DNA of 60,491 nt from Octopus bimaculoides (GCF_001194135.2 NC_068984.1:75390370-75450860); one strand, 5' to 3'. Numbered from the stretch's first letter, positions 1-11,031 are shown. The notes: a model not told the origin generated them from the letters alone. Program-made: numbers and translations.

Positions 1-51
<51 letters not shown>

Positions 52-95
52 CACAGATACACATACACATATATATACACATATATATACACATA
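1..95. repeat. (AT)n / (AC)-mixed microsatellite
   Basis: Direct reading of the sequence. Confidence 0.95.
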
Positions 96-278
96 GGGAG
101 AATTCACAAAAAAAAAAGACGAAGACAGGTGGTGCAGAAAACAAACAGATGTATCAGTATAACGCTCGGGAATTGAAAAGTCTTTAACATTTCGAACCTA
201 CGCTCTTCCACAGAAAGGAACACAGAAACAAGGAGAGAAACACGGAGAGAAGAAAAGGAATGTGTAGTGGCTAGCGAT
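96..278 (-). mobile_element. 3' terminus of Penelope-like element family A (PLE-A)
   Basis: The reverse complement aligns by eye with 10010-10167 (ttttctccttgt..., gaagagcgtag..tcgaaa.gt.aaagacttt, cccgagcgt.atact.atacatc, caccacctgtc.tcgtc). Both copies end in attctcc followed by a TA-type microsatellite. Assignment to PLE-A depends on the 8.7-10.2 kb copy, which spans a gap. Confidence 0.7.
181..218 (-). ncRNA. Minimal hammerhead-ribozyme-like motif (degenerate)
   Basis: Minus strand reads CUUU-CUGUGGA-A-GAGC(GUAG)GUUC-GAAA-UGUU-AAAG: stem I 4 bp, stem II 4 bp with one G.U pair, stem III ACGU changed to AUGU, core A6 is U. Confidence 0.6.
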
Positions 279-577
279 GTAAATACATATTGCATGCACG
301 TACACATCCGTAAATACGCACATAAATACATACGTTTTATTATCTTCGTGAATTTCATTTAATCGACGTGGAATTCCTTATAATTTAATGATCAATTCAT
401 GATACCAATGTAGAGATGTGTATTCCTTTATTTTCTGTCAGGACGATCGTTTCTACATCCAAGAAATATTATCAGTTGCCAAGTATGATGCAGGCTGTTA
501 CTTTCATATATATATATATATAATGACAATACTCAACATTAAAATCCGAAAATAATACCTTGATACTCATTTCTGTT

Positions 578-772
578 ATAGGCACCAAGCCTGAAATTTG
601 TGGGGAAGTGGCTAGTCGATTACAACCACCCCAGTGCTCAACTGGTGCTAATTTTATCAGCCCCAAAAGAAAGGCAAATCGACCTCGGTGGTATTTGAAA
701 TGAGAAAGAAACGCCAGAAGAAACGCCACTAAGCATTTTTCCGGCGTGCTAACGATTTTGCCAGCTCGCCGC
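578..772 (-). mobile_element. tRNA-derived SINE family A
   Basis: Minus strand begins gcggcgagctggcaaaatcgttagcacgccgg, matching the head and body of about 20 other copies in the window. Confidence 0.85.
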
Positions 773-1014
773 TTTTTGCACTTGATAACGATAACACGTA
801 CACAGAAACGATTGTAATACCAAGTCTTTTATAAAAAAAATATATGCACATATAAGTATCGTAATTTCTCCCACATTTGCTCTGCATTCCATAACTGCTA
901 ATACTACTTAGTAATAGCAAAACTACTAAACTAGAAGCAGACTGGATGATAATAATCTTCATGGAGCTCTAAGCTTAACAGTAACAGTCGTCTCTCTGTA
1001 AACACAATATACAC

Positions 1015-1101
1015 TATACATACATACATACATACATACATACATACACATAAATGTATGTATGTATGTATGTATGCATGTATGTATGTATGTATGTATG
1101 T
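1015..1101. repeat. (TACA)n followed by inverted (TGTA)n
   Basis: Direct reading; the two tracts are reverse complements around cataaatg. Confidence 0.9.
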
Positions 1102-1117
1102 ATTATGTGCGTATGTG

Positions 1118-1698
1118 TGTGTTTACGGTTGTGGAAATCAGATGCCCAGTGTATGTTAAGATAAAGCTAAAGATGAGCGAAAAAGAAAATAGCTATGCTA
1201 AACTATTGAGTTATCTACAGCTACTCTATCCAGATTACTCATTCAAGTTTTTACCTGTAATTATTGGGGCACTGGTATATGTAATACACTGCCTAAATAC
1301 TAATGTTGAGAAATTAGTCTTCTCAAGACCAGAAAGGAGAAAGCTTATTCGAAGACTCCAGATCCAAGCAGTCATGAGAACTGTAAAAATCTGTAAAACT
1401 TTCCAGAAGTTTATCGGTTAAGTATAAATTAGCATATCTAGACATTCAATTATGTGCATGAGAATACATAAATGAAATAAAACATGCACATGTACATACA
1501 TACATACATACATACATGCATGCATGCATTCCTACATACATACATGCATACATACATACATACATACATACATACATACATACATACAAAAATAGCCTGT
1601 TGATGTCGTCGAAATTTGAATGAAGGAGCCTTGGCTCTAGGTTAGAAACCGACTCTTTCTCTATCGACAAGAAATCTTGAAATAAAACTGAATAATGA
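1118..1698 (+). mobile_element. 5'-truncated non-LTR retrotransposon with C-terminal restriction-like endonuclease (R4/Dong- or NeSL-like)
   Basis: ORF end TVVEIRCP.YVKIKLKMSEKENSYAKLL...FLPVIIGALVYV...VKICKTFQKFIG* (stop 1419-1421) has the RLE pattern E..P.D...K..K..Y..L plus P-hydrophobic-G..G. The 3' UTR contains an internal (TACA)n and ends aataaaactgaataatga before (CATA)n. Confidence 0.8.
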
Positions 1699-1725
1699 CA
1701 TACATATATACATACATACATTCTT

Positions 1726-1727
<2 letters not shown>

Positions 1728-1778
<51 letters not shown>

Positions 1779-1967
1779 GTGTGTGTGTGTGTGTGTTTGT
1801 GTGTGTGTCTGTGTGTGTCTGTGTGTGTGTATGTGTGTCTATGTGTGTGTGTGTGTGTCTATGTGTGTCTGTGTGTCTGTGTGTGTGTGTTTGTGTGTGT
1901 GTATGTGTGTCTATGTGTGTCTGTGTGTCTGTGTCTGTGTGTTTGTGTGTGTGTGTGTGCGCGCGCT
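1728..1967. repeat. Interrupted (TG)n microsatellite
   Basis: Direct reading. Confidence 0.95.
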
Positions 1968-2448
1968 CGCATAAAGTTCATCATCGTCTTCATTTTGCGT
2001 CCGTTTTCCATTCTTATACCGTCCGAGTCGCCACCCATTGGGAGAACTGCTCCCAAAAGCTAGATGCTCGTACGTGCCACTTGATTTTGTATTTATCCCT
2101 GTCTAACACAGTGAGCGATAGAATTGAAGGGAATTTGGTTATTGTTACTACTTTGTCGAACGAACACATACAGGTTCTCTCACTGGTTCGACATTTTTTT
2201 TTTTAGTCATTTTAGCACCTTCCTCATTCTTCATTCGCTTTTCTTTATACCGAATCCATGCCAATGCCCCAGCCACCGTCTACTCGAATCTACTGCAACC
2301 ACTTTCTGACACAAAATTTATCGTCCTCGGAAGCCGTCTTTGTAAGGGTTTGAAAATCAAACGTAAAGGAAGAACATATTGGAAAGAAAAAGGCATTTCA
2401 TCTTGTATTCTAAACGTTTCTTACAGCTTATAGTTCTTCAGTCCAAAG

Positions 2449-2705
2449 GGAAGCGCGTGGCTTAGTGGTTAGTTTATTGGACTCATGATCGTAAGATTGT
2501 GGTTTCGATTCCTGGGCCGGGCGACTCGTTGAGTTCTTGAGCAAAGCATTTCATTGCATGATGCTCCAGTCCGCTCAGCTGGCAAAAATGAGTAATCCTG
2601 CGACGGACCGGCGTCCCATCCAGGGGGGGGGGTATACGCCTTGGAAACCGGAAAACCAGCCCTTATGAGTCGGTATGACTCGTGAAGGTAACTTTACCTT
2701 TAGTT
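2449..2705 (+). mobile_element. tRNA-derived SINE family B (tRNA head, CORE-like, V-domain-like, ACCTTT tail)
   Basis: A-box tggcttagtgg and B-box-like gtttcgattcc; CORE-like ttgagcaaagcatttcat...ctccagtccgctcagctggcaaaaatgagt; V-like cctgcgacggaccggcgtcccatccaggg; tail aactttacctttag. Domain names are from recalled consensus sequences. Confidence 0.75.
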
Positions 2706-3417
2706 TCAATCCAGTGAGAATCTCTTCGTTGTGAACCGACATGCTAACATGTTCTATCGTCTTAAAACAGCATGACATACAGAACATTGTATTACTTGAT
2801 AAGTCGAGAGAACATCGTTCCTCAATGGTCTCTCTGCTCAACCAGGATTGAACAGGGACTAAACAACAACAGCACAGCAATTATAAATTTAGTAAACTCT
2901 CTTTTCTGATTCATGAGTGATGATCATGCATTTCCTAGGTGATTTAACAGTGTAGATGCTTATTTGAAGTTGCTATCGTTGAAAAGTATCAGTCAAATAC
3001 TGTAGACAATTTAATTGACTTTATATTGGAGGAGGAGAAATAGGTGAAGGAATAAGGGGTGGAAAAGTGGAGATGTCACTGCCTTCTTCATGTTCATTTT
3101 TTTTTTCTTATCCTATTAACATTCCATTCGCATCTAGGATGATTTATAGGAATATAAAATCAACTGCAGTGTTTGGCTGAAACTTTTCATCATATTACAT
3201 TTTTGCTGTTTACATCATCTTGTATGTAGCCAAATTCCATTATTTATCAAATATTACAAAAATGTTATTTCATATATAAAGCTGTTATCCATGTCGCAAG
3301 TATGACTATGAGATTAAAAAGTTAGAGCACATTGGACTAGTGTTTTCTATATAATCATCCAGTCGAACAAAGCACTGTACGCTTATTTGATAGGTGGAAA
3401 CTGTATGGAATCCCTTT

Positions 3418-3547
3418 ACACATACATACATACATACATACATACATGCATACATGCATGCATACATACATACATACAGACAGACAGACAGACAGACAGA
3501 CAGGCAGACAGACACACAGACAGACAGACAGACACACACACACACAC

Positions 3548-3578
<31 letters not shown>

Positions 3579-3673
3579 CACAGACAGACAGACAGATAGA
3601 CAGACAGACAGACAGACAGACACACAGACAGACACACAGACAGACACACAGACAGATAGATAGATAGACAGAG

Positions 3674-3745
<72 letters not shown>
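3418..3745. repeat. Compound tetranucleotide microsatellite (TACA)n-(GACA)n-(GATA)n
   Basis: Direct reading. Confidence 0.95.
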
Positions 3746-4055
3746 GAAGAATGCTGGAATCAATATGCAGATGTCATCAGATGCCCTTCTTTATTTTGTT
3801 ACGTCCTTTGACGGCCAGGGTTGCTTCCCCATAAATCACGTTCCAGACATAGCACTAGATTCGATATCATCGAGTAAAATCCTTGACGCCAATAATCTGT
3901 CGTGATCCGCGTCTTATGACTGAAACCAATATGAGAATATTCTGTCTTAAACCGTCATTTTATCAGGCAAAATTGTTTTTGATGTCATATAAATCAGTTA
4001 TCATGTCATATCATAAACTGTTATTCATATCTTATATAAACTTTTGCTGGCGTCA

Positions 4056-4205
4056 TATAATATATCATATCATATTATATAATATTGTCATATAATATAT
4101 CATATCATATTATATAATATTGTCATATAATATATCATATCATATTATATAATATTGTCATATGATATATCATATCATATTATATAATATTGTCATATAA
4201 TATAT
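4056..4205. repeat. 35-bp AT-rich minisatellite, about 4 copies
   Basis: Unit ataatatatcatatcatattatataatattgtcat is repeated nearly perfectly and contains the 14-bp palindrome atattatataatat. Confidence 0.9.
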
Positions 4206-4231
4206 GATATAATTATCATATCATAACATAT

Positions 4232-4716
4232 AAAATGGTATTCAGCCCGCTGAATACCATTTTCTATAAGTAGTGACGGGTATTTTTGTTTGAGCAGAAA
4301 TTCTTTCAGTTCCATCAGGCGCTGATTTCTGGTCTTTAGATCCTCTACAATAGTACAGATTCTTCTGGCTAAGCGGTATGGGATGCTACGTTTTGTATGG
4401 GGTGGATGGCACGATTTAAGATTCAGGTATTGGTGTGTATCTGTGTGTTTATAATATATATCTGTGGTAATGGCGGTGTTTTTTTAACTACCATTATATC
4501 TAGAAATGGTAATTTGGTACTGCTCATCTCCTTTGTAAATTGGATGGATGGGTGTAGGTTGTTCAGGAGGGTGTTGAATTCTTCCACAGTGTTTTGAGAT
4601 TTTGTCCAAATTATAAAGCAATCGTCGAGGTATCTCTTCCATGCTTTTTCAATATACTTCCGAAATTCAGTGTTGTATCTCTCTTCTATTTCCTGGTAGA
4701 GTTTTTGTTCTAAGTA
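4232..4716 (-). mobile_element. Penelope-like element reverse transcriptase / thumb fragment
   Basis: Minus strand translates to WKRYLDDCFIIW...NNLHPSIQFT.E....LPFLDIMV, then after a frameshift TDIYYKHTDTHQYLNLKSCHPPHTKRSIPYRLARRIC. These are typical PLE RT and thumb motifs. The 5' side runs into a gap. Confidence 0.9.
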
Positions 4717-4964
4717 NNNNNNNNNNNNNNNNNNNNNNNNNNNNNNNNNNNNNNNNNNNNNNNNNNNNNNNNNNNNNNNNNNNNNNNNNNNNNNNNNNNN
4801 NNNNNNNNNNNNNNNNNNNNNNNNNNNNNNNNNNNNNNNNNNNNNNNNNNNNNNNNNNNNNNNNNNNNNNNNNNNNNNNNNNNNNNNNNNNNNNNNNNNN
4901 NNNNNNNNNNNNNNNNNNNNNNNNNNNNNNNNNNNNNNNNNNNNNNNNNNNNNNNNNNNNNNNN
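4717..4964. other. Assembly gap (first of ten)
   Basis: N runs at 4717-4964, 7350-7941, 8881-9801, 13479-13629, 31276-31681, 35118-35540, 39484-40071, 42065-43046, 44379-44558 and 57523-58414. Most abut microsatellites. Confidence 0.99.
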
Positions 4965-4999
<35 letters not shown>

Positions 5000-5044
5000 G
5001 TATATATATATATACGTGTGTGTGTATATATATATATATATGTA

Positions 5045-6174
5045 TAGGTGTCCCTAAAAATGTATACACTCTGTAGCAGCTGATAACTCGATCGATGTTT
5101 TTTTCATTCTAGATTAAACCCATTGGGATTAATGGTGGTAGTCAGACTAAGCTTTGAACAATGGAAATTCATTCTAAATAGCTACTGGAAATGTGAAAAT
5201 GCAGGTGAAGTGCAAAAACTGTTTAAGAAGGAGTCTCAAAGAGATCCACCAACGTGACTTACCATCGCTCGAATTAGAGATAAGTTTGAAGCTGATGGAA
5301 CTGTTCAGTATGTCCTCGAGAAGCGTTTCGGAAGACCACGAACATCGACAACCCCCACAAAGCAAGAAGGAGTGTTGGAAACGTATCCCCAAAGTCCAAG
5401 AAACTCTTCAGCAAGCGACTCGTGAGGTAGATATTTCAAAATCGTCTGTCCAACACATCTTGAAGAGTATTGTCAATGGAAAAGTTACGTTCCAAGATTA
5501 GTCCATGCTATTAATGACGATGATCCAGACCGAAAAGAATCCGCATGTTATGGTGGAACACCATGTTAATTTACCAGGAGTTATAGTGGAGTGTGGCTTA
5601 TCATCAAGAGGGTTAACTGGACCATTCTTTTTGACGCTACTGTGACATGTCCTGTTTACTTGAACTTGCTGCAACAGTCTGTCATGCCAAGAATTAGAGA
5701 ACACTTTGAAGATGAAGAGTTTTATTTTCAGCAAGATGGGGCACCCACACACTGCCATCACGATGTTAGATCCTTCCTTGATAAGACCTTTCTAAACAGA
5801 TGGATTGGACGAAGGGGTTTCGTTGAATACCCTCCGCGTTCACCAGACCTCACACCACTTGACTTTTTTTTTATGGGAATACCTAAAAGATAAGGTCTAC
5901 GCTATGAAAGCTGCGACAGACGTTGATTTGAGAGTAGCCATTGAACGAGAAAGCACACAAATACCAAACAAATTGTTTCGTGATGTTTGCGATTCCATTG
6001 CTTTGCATTGTCAGCAGTTCCTGAACCAGAACGGACGTCAGTTTGAAAACAGGCGTTGACAAAACAATAAAAAAATGACTGTAGATTCTATTAAATTTTG
6101 AAAATGGAATGTATTTTAATAAACACCTACTTTACAATTATTTAAAGTGTGTATGCAATTTTTGGGACACCCTG
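5045..6174 (+). mobile_element. Tc1/mariner DNA transposon, DD41D (rosa/Visitor-type), internally deleted
   Basis: TIRs of about 30 bp (taggtgtccctaaaaatgtatacact vs revcomp cagggtgtcccaaaaattgcatacacact) flanked by TA. Transposase remnant FQQDGAPTH...[22 protein letters not shown] has 41 residues between the second and third D. Frameshifts are present and the first-D region is deleted. Confidence 0.92.
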
Positions 6175-6214
<40 letters not shown>

Positions 6215-6480
6215 ATATGTGCAAAAAATGTTCATATCGTAAGAAATCAAAGTTGAAGAGAAGTAATTGATGTAGGTAGCGCGTTGAAATGAAGTGTAGA
6301 GATGACAAGGAGGCCCACCAACATGCTCATACCTTTTCAGTTAATATTGCTCTTCAGAAACCCATTACCATTTCTGGTGACTATTCTTATCGTGTACGAA
6401 AATACAATGACCATAAGTGTTATTAACGCATTATCGCACATGTGAGTAGGTACTGATAATGATAAATGTAATATCTATAC

Positions 6481-6657
<177 letters not shown>

Positions 6658-7135
6658 TGGAAGTGGATGCTAAAAGTTCAACTTCAATCTGAAAATATCT
6701 GCCAGTTTGTGTGATTCCTCTTTTCGTGTTAACGTAAAGCGTCTGTAAGTTGGCGCCAAACTACTTACGATTGTACACGTTTGGGGGTTGATACTTAACT
6801 GAAAGGAATTGATGTGTAGTGTGTATCATACGAATGTACGTGTGCAAATATGTTTGAGTTTACTATCGAGAGATAGTTTACACTTAATACATGTAATAGA
6901 GTACATGCATTTATTGAAAAAAGAAAATGATCTACATATAAACATACTCACACACATATATGTATAAAGAACACTTAATATATTATACTAGCTACAACTA
7001 TTTTCAAAGAGAGAATCCAATACGTTTGTGAAAGTAACGATTTTGTTTTGGGTATAGGAAAGTTCACGATAACTAATAGTTACAGCTCAGGCGGGAATCT
7101 ACTGTCTGTCTATTTCTATTTGTTTCTCTGTTTCT

Positions 7136-7173
7136 ATGTATGTATGTATGTATGTATGTATGTATGTATGTAT

Positions 7174-7233
<60 letters not shown>

Positions 7234-7349
7234 CTAGACACGCACTACGGGCTTCTTTCAATTTCTGTCTACCAAATCCACTTACAAGGCTGTGATTGTA
7301 TTGTATTTGTCTGATGGTACTGTATTTGCTTGAGGTGCCACGCAGTGAG
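7136..7349 (-). mobile_element. SINE family E 5' part with expanded internal microsatellite, cut by gap
   Basis: 7246-7349 cgggcttctttcaatttctgtctaccaaatccacttacaagg...ggtgccacgcagtgag matches 19873-19975. (TATG)n(TAGA)n sits at the internal microsatellite position. Confidence 0.75.
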
Positions 7350-7941
7350 NNNNNNNNNNNNNNNNNNNNNNNNNNNNNNNNNNNNNNNNNNNNNNNNNNN
7401 NNNNNNNNNNNNNNNNNNNNNNNNNNNNNNNNNNNNNNNNNNNNNNNNNNNNNNNNNNNNNNNNNNNNNNNNNNNNNNNNNNNNNNNNNNNNNNNNNNNN
7501 NNNNNNNNNNNNNNNNNNNNNNNNNNNNNNNNNNNNNNNNNNNNNNNNNNNNNNNNNNNNNNNNNNNNNNNNNNNNNNNNNNNNNNNNNNNNNNNNNNNN
7601 NNNNNNNNNNNNNNNNNNNNNNNNNNNNNNNNNNNNNNNNNNNNNNNNNNNNNNNNNNNNNNNNNNNNNNNNNNNNNNNNNNNNNNNNNNNNNNNNNNNN
7701 NNNNNNNNNNNNNNNNNNNNNNNNNNNNNNNNNNNNNNNNNNNNNNNNNNNNNNNNNNNNNNNNNNNNNNNNNNNNNNNNNNNNNNNNNNNNNNNNNNNN
7801 NNNNNNNNNNNNNNNNNNNNNNNNNNNNNNNNNNNNNNNNNNNNNNNNNNNNNNNNNNNNNNNNNNNNNNNNNNNNNNNNNNNNNNNNNNNNNNNNNNNN
7901 NNNNNNNNNNNNNNNNNNNNNNNNNNNNNNNNNNNNNNNNN

Positions 7942-7983
<42 letters not shown>

Positions 7984-8659
7984 CATAAATATATATATAC
8001 ACTCACACACATACATATGCACATATAAAATTGTCATTTGTACATGCAATTACCTATCTATGTATATACTCACACGAACTATGTTAAAAAATGAACGATG
8101 GTTAGATTTCGTTATTCAACGATTTGATTTCACATATTTTCATCATTTTTTCATTTGTCATTAATTTTTTTGCTTTCTTTCCGAAAATCTAATATCACTG
8201 TAAAAATTAAACCCACTTCAAAAACGAAAAAAAAAAGAAAATGACATTAAAGTAATTGCATTGTAAAAAAAATTTTCTGAAAGGTTTTCATAAAATAATA
8301 AATTAATGTGTGGGTTAATGTACGAAAGCCTGTATGTGTATTCGTGTTGCTGTGTTAGCGTATGTGTTTGTTCGTGTTTGATTGACATGAATGTGTTCTT
8401 GTGTCTGTGTATGAATAAATAAATACATGCGAGTAAATACACACACACAAACACACACACATATTTCACACACATTTCACACAGAGACACACACACGTAT
8501 ATACATACATACACACATACATACGTGCGGGCACTCACACACACATGCATAGCTTGAACTTAGTATCTTAATGATAGTGTTTTGTGACTAGAATATGATC
8601 ATTGTACAAAGTGATGATAGATAGATAGATAGATAGATACATACATACATACATACATA

Positions 8660-8880
8660 CATTTCCGTTCTGCCGGCCACTCCTTGCAGCAACACCTGTC
8701 CGTGTTTGGATTGTCCATGCACAGGGGCCATCTGGACTCCCGTTTGCGCCGTGAACAGGGATTAATCTTCTCTCTTCGCTCCTCTGCGCCACATGGGCTC
8801 AACTCCCCTCCCCTCTTCATCTAACCCCCTCCTCCTGCCTCTCTCCCCCACCCTCCCTCCTACCACCCATCTCTCCCCCT
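8660..8880 (+). mobile_element. PLE-A GIY-YIG C-terminus and start of 3' UTR
   Basis: Translates to HFRSAGHSLQQHLSVFGL...RLRREQGLIFSLRSSAPHGLN...*; nucleotide match to 41310-41460. Begins directly after (TACA)n. Confidence 0.85.
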
Positions 8881-9801
8881 NNNNNNNNNNNNNNNNNNNN
8901 NNNNNNNNNNNNNNNNNNNNNNNNNNNNNNNNNNNNNNNNNNNNNNNNNNNNNNNNNNNNNNNNNNNNNNNNNNNNNNNNNNNNNNNNNNNNNNNNNNNN
9001 NNNNNNNNNNNNNNNNNNNNNNNNNNNNNNNNNNNNNNNNNNNNNNNNNNNNNNNNNNNNNNNNNNNNNNNNNNNNNNNNNNNNNNNNNNNNNNNNNNNN
9101 NNNNNNNNNNNNNNNNNNNNNNNNNNNNNNNNNNNNNNNNNNNNNNNNNNNNNNNNNNNNNNNNNNNNNNNNNNNNNNNNNNNNNNNNNNNNNNNNNNNN
9201 NNNNNNNNNNNNNNNNNNNNNNNNNNNNNNNNNNNNNNNNNNNNNNNNNNNNNNNNNNNNNNNNNNNNNNNNNNNNNNNNNNNNNNNNNNNNNNNNNNNN
9301 NNNNNNNNNNNNNNNNNNNNNNNNNNNNNNNNNNNNNNNNNNNNNNNNNNNNNNNNNNNNNNNNNNNNNNNNNNNNNNNNNNNNNNNNNNNNNNNNNNNN
9401 NNNNNNNNNNNNNNNNNNNNNNNNNNNNNNNNNNNNNNNNNNNNNNNNNNNNNNNNNNNNNNNNNNNNNNNNNNNNNNNNNNNNNNNNNNNNNNNNNNNN
9501 NNNNNNNNNNNNNNNNNNNNNNNNNNNNNNNNNNNNNNNNNNNNNNNNNNNNNNNNNNNNNNNNNNNNNNNNNNNNNNNNNNNNNNNNNNNNNNNNNNNN
9601 NNNNNNNNNNNNNNNNNNNNNNNNNNNNNNNNNNNNNNNNNNNNNNNNNNNNNNNNNNNNNNNNNNNNNNNNNNNNNNNNNNNNNNNNNNNNNNNNNNNN
9701 NNNNNNNNNNNNNNNNNNNNNNNNNNNNNNNNNNNNNNNNNNNNNNNNNNNNNNNNNNNNNNNNNNNNNNNNNNNNNNNNNNNNNNNNNNNNNNNNNNNN
9801 N

Positions 9802-10167
9802 CACACTACAACTGACCAACTCCTTTCTCCCTTCCCCATTTTCACACTACATACGTCAAGATCACCAGCATTCTATCTCCCACACACAGCCCCTCGTTCT
9901 TCGATCACCGTTTGTTATCTCCCCCGTTTCTTAGCTCTCCTGAAAAAAGAATTTCTAACTTCCGGTCAGCCATTATCATGATTGACCGTTGACTGAACAC
10001 TATTCAATTTTTTTTCTCCGTGCTTTTCTCCTTGTCTCCGTATTCTTTCTGTTGAAGAGCGTAGCTCGAAACGTCAAAGACTTTCCGTATTCCCGAGCGT
10101 CATACTAATACATCCTTTTGTTAGTTACACCACCTGTCCTCGTCCGTTGTTTTTTCGTACATTCTCC
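9802..10167 (+). mobile_element. PLE-A distal 3' UTR / terminus
   Basis: Pyrimidine- and AC-rich segment after the gap, homologous to 96-278, ending attctcc then (TACA)3. Continuity with 8660-8880 is inferred across the gap. Confidence 0.65.
10044..10080 (+). ncRNA. Minimal type I hammerhead-ribozyme-like motif
   Basis: UCUUU-CUGUUGA-A-GAGC(GUA)GCUC-GAAA-C-GUC-AAAGA: 5-bp stem I, 4-bp stem II, palindromic ACGU stem III and a GUC cleavage triplet (cut after 10075). The only core deviation is U at position 6. Confidence 0.75.
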
Positions 10168-10329
10168 TACATACATACATAGATTGGAATTTAAAGAAAC
10201 AAACTAATGGATTTGATTACATAATGTCTGTTCTCTTGTCATTTTTTAAATTTCATATTACGCTCTGTGTTCGCCTAACGCTATAGTCTGAAGCATATGT
10301 ATACTGAGTTCTAACGGCTATGGCTAAGC

Positions 10330-10805
10330 GTGCATCAAAGCAACTCTGTGGAAGACACAGATACGTTGGGGAGACATCAGCAGGATGAAGGATCATCGAT
10401 ATCCCCAGATCCCAGTGCATGGCAAACTCTCTTTTTGTCCCAGTGATAGAGGAGCACCAAAGAAGAGGTGCACTGACTTCTTAAAGAAACTTCTGGGAGT
10501 CTGCCACACTGATCACCACGAGTGGCCTATTTTTGCCATTGTCCGTGAAGCCGGGCGTCTCACTGTCCACAGGGCAACGGCCTCCTTTGAAGACACCCGC
10601 AAGGGTATCCTTGTAGACAAGAAAAAAAGGACAAATAATAAAGACACTACAACCAGTCCTGATCAGCCTATGTTCCCGTGCAGCTTCAACAGTCGGGCTT
10701 GTTTGTCCCGAATTGGAACTCGTTGGGAGACATCAGCAAACTTGCAGCAAATGTGGCCATCTCTTTCTGTAAATCTTCGCATGCGAAGCCAAGCCAAGAA
10801 GAAAA
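10330..10805 (+). mobile_element. RTE-clade LINE 3' end
   Basis: LWKTQIRW...SRMKDHRYPQI..HGKL....DRGAPKKRCTDFLKK...FPCSFNSRACLSRIG is a typical RTE C-terminus; ends aatcttcgcatgcgaagccaagccaagaagaa. Confidence 0.85.
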
Positions 10806-10888
10806 GTATATACATACATACATACATATATACATGCATATACATACATACATGCATACATACATACATACATACATACATACATACA

Positions 10889-10981
10889 AAAATACTCTCT
10901 TGATGTTACTGAAATTCCAGTGAAGGAGCCTTGTATCTACGTTAAAAACCGAAGAAATCTTGAAATAAAACTGAATAATGA
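10889..10981 (+). mobile_element. Extreme 3' end of the RLE LINE family seen at 1118-1698
   Basis: aaaata...ttgatg...gaaatt...tgaaggagccttg...aagaaatcttgaaataaaactgaataatga matches 1589-1698 and is embedded in (TACA)n on both sides. Confidence 0.8.
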
Positions 10982-11031
10982 CATACATGCATACATGCAT
11001 ACATGCATGCATGCATACATACATACATATG

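Noticed and set aside
1985-2075. Possible CR1-type LINE C-terminus (YTVRVATHW)
   Set aside because: A single short motif is too little to support a feature.
3908-3923. Exact 16-bp match cgcgtcttatgactga with 48961-48976
   Set aside because: One 16-mer match within 60 kb is close to chance expectation, and the flanks do not align.
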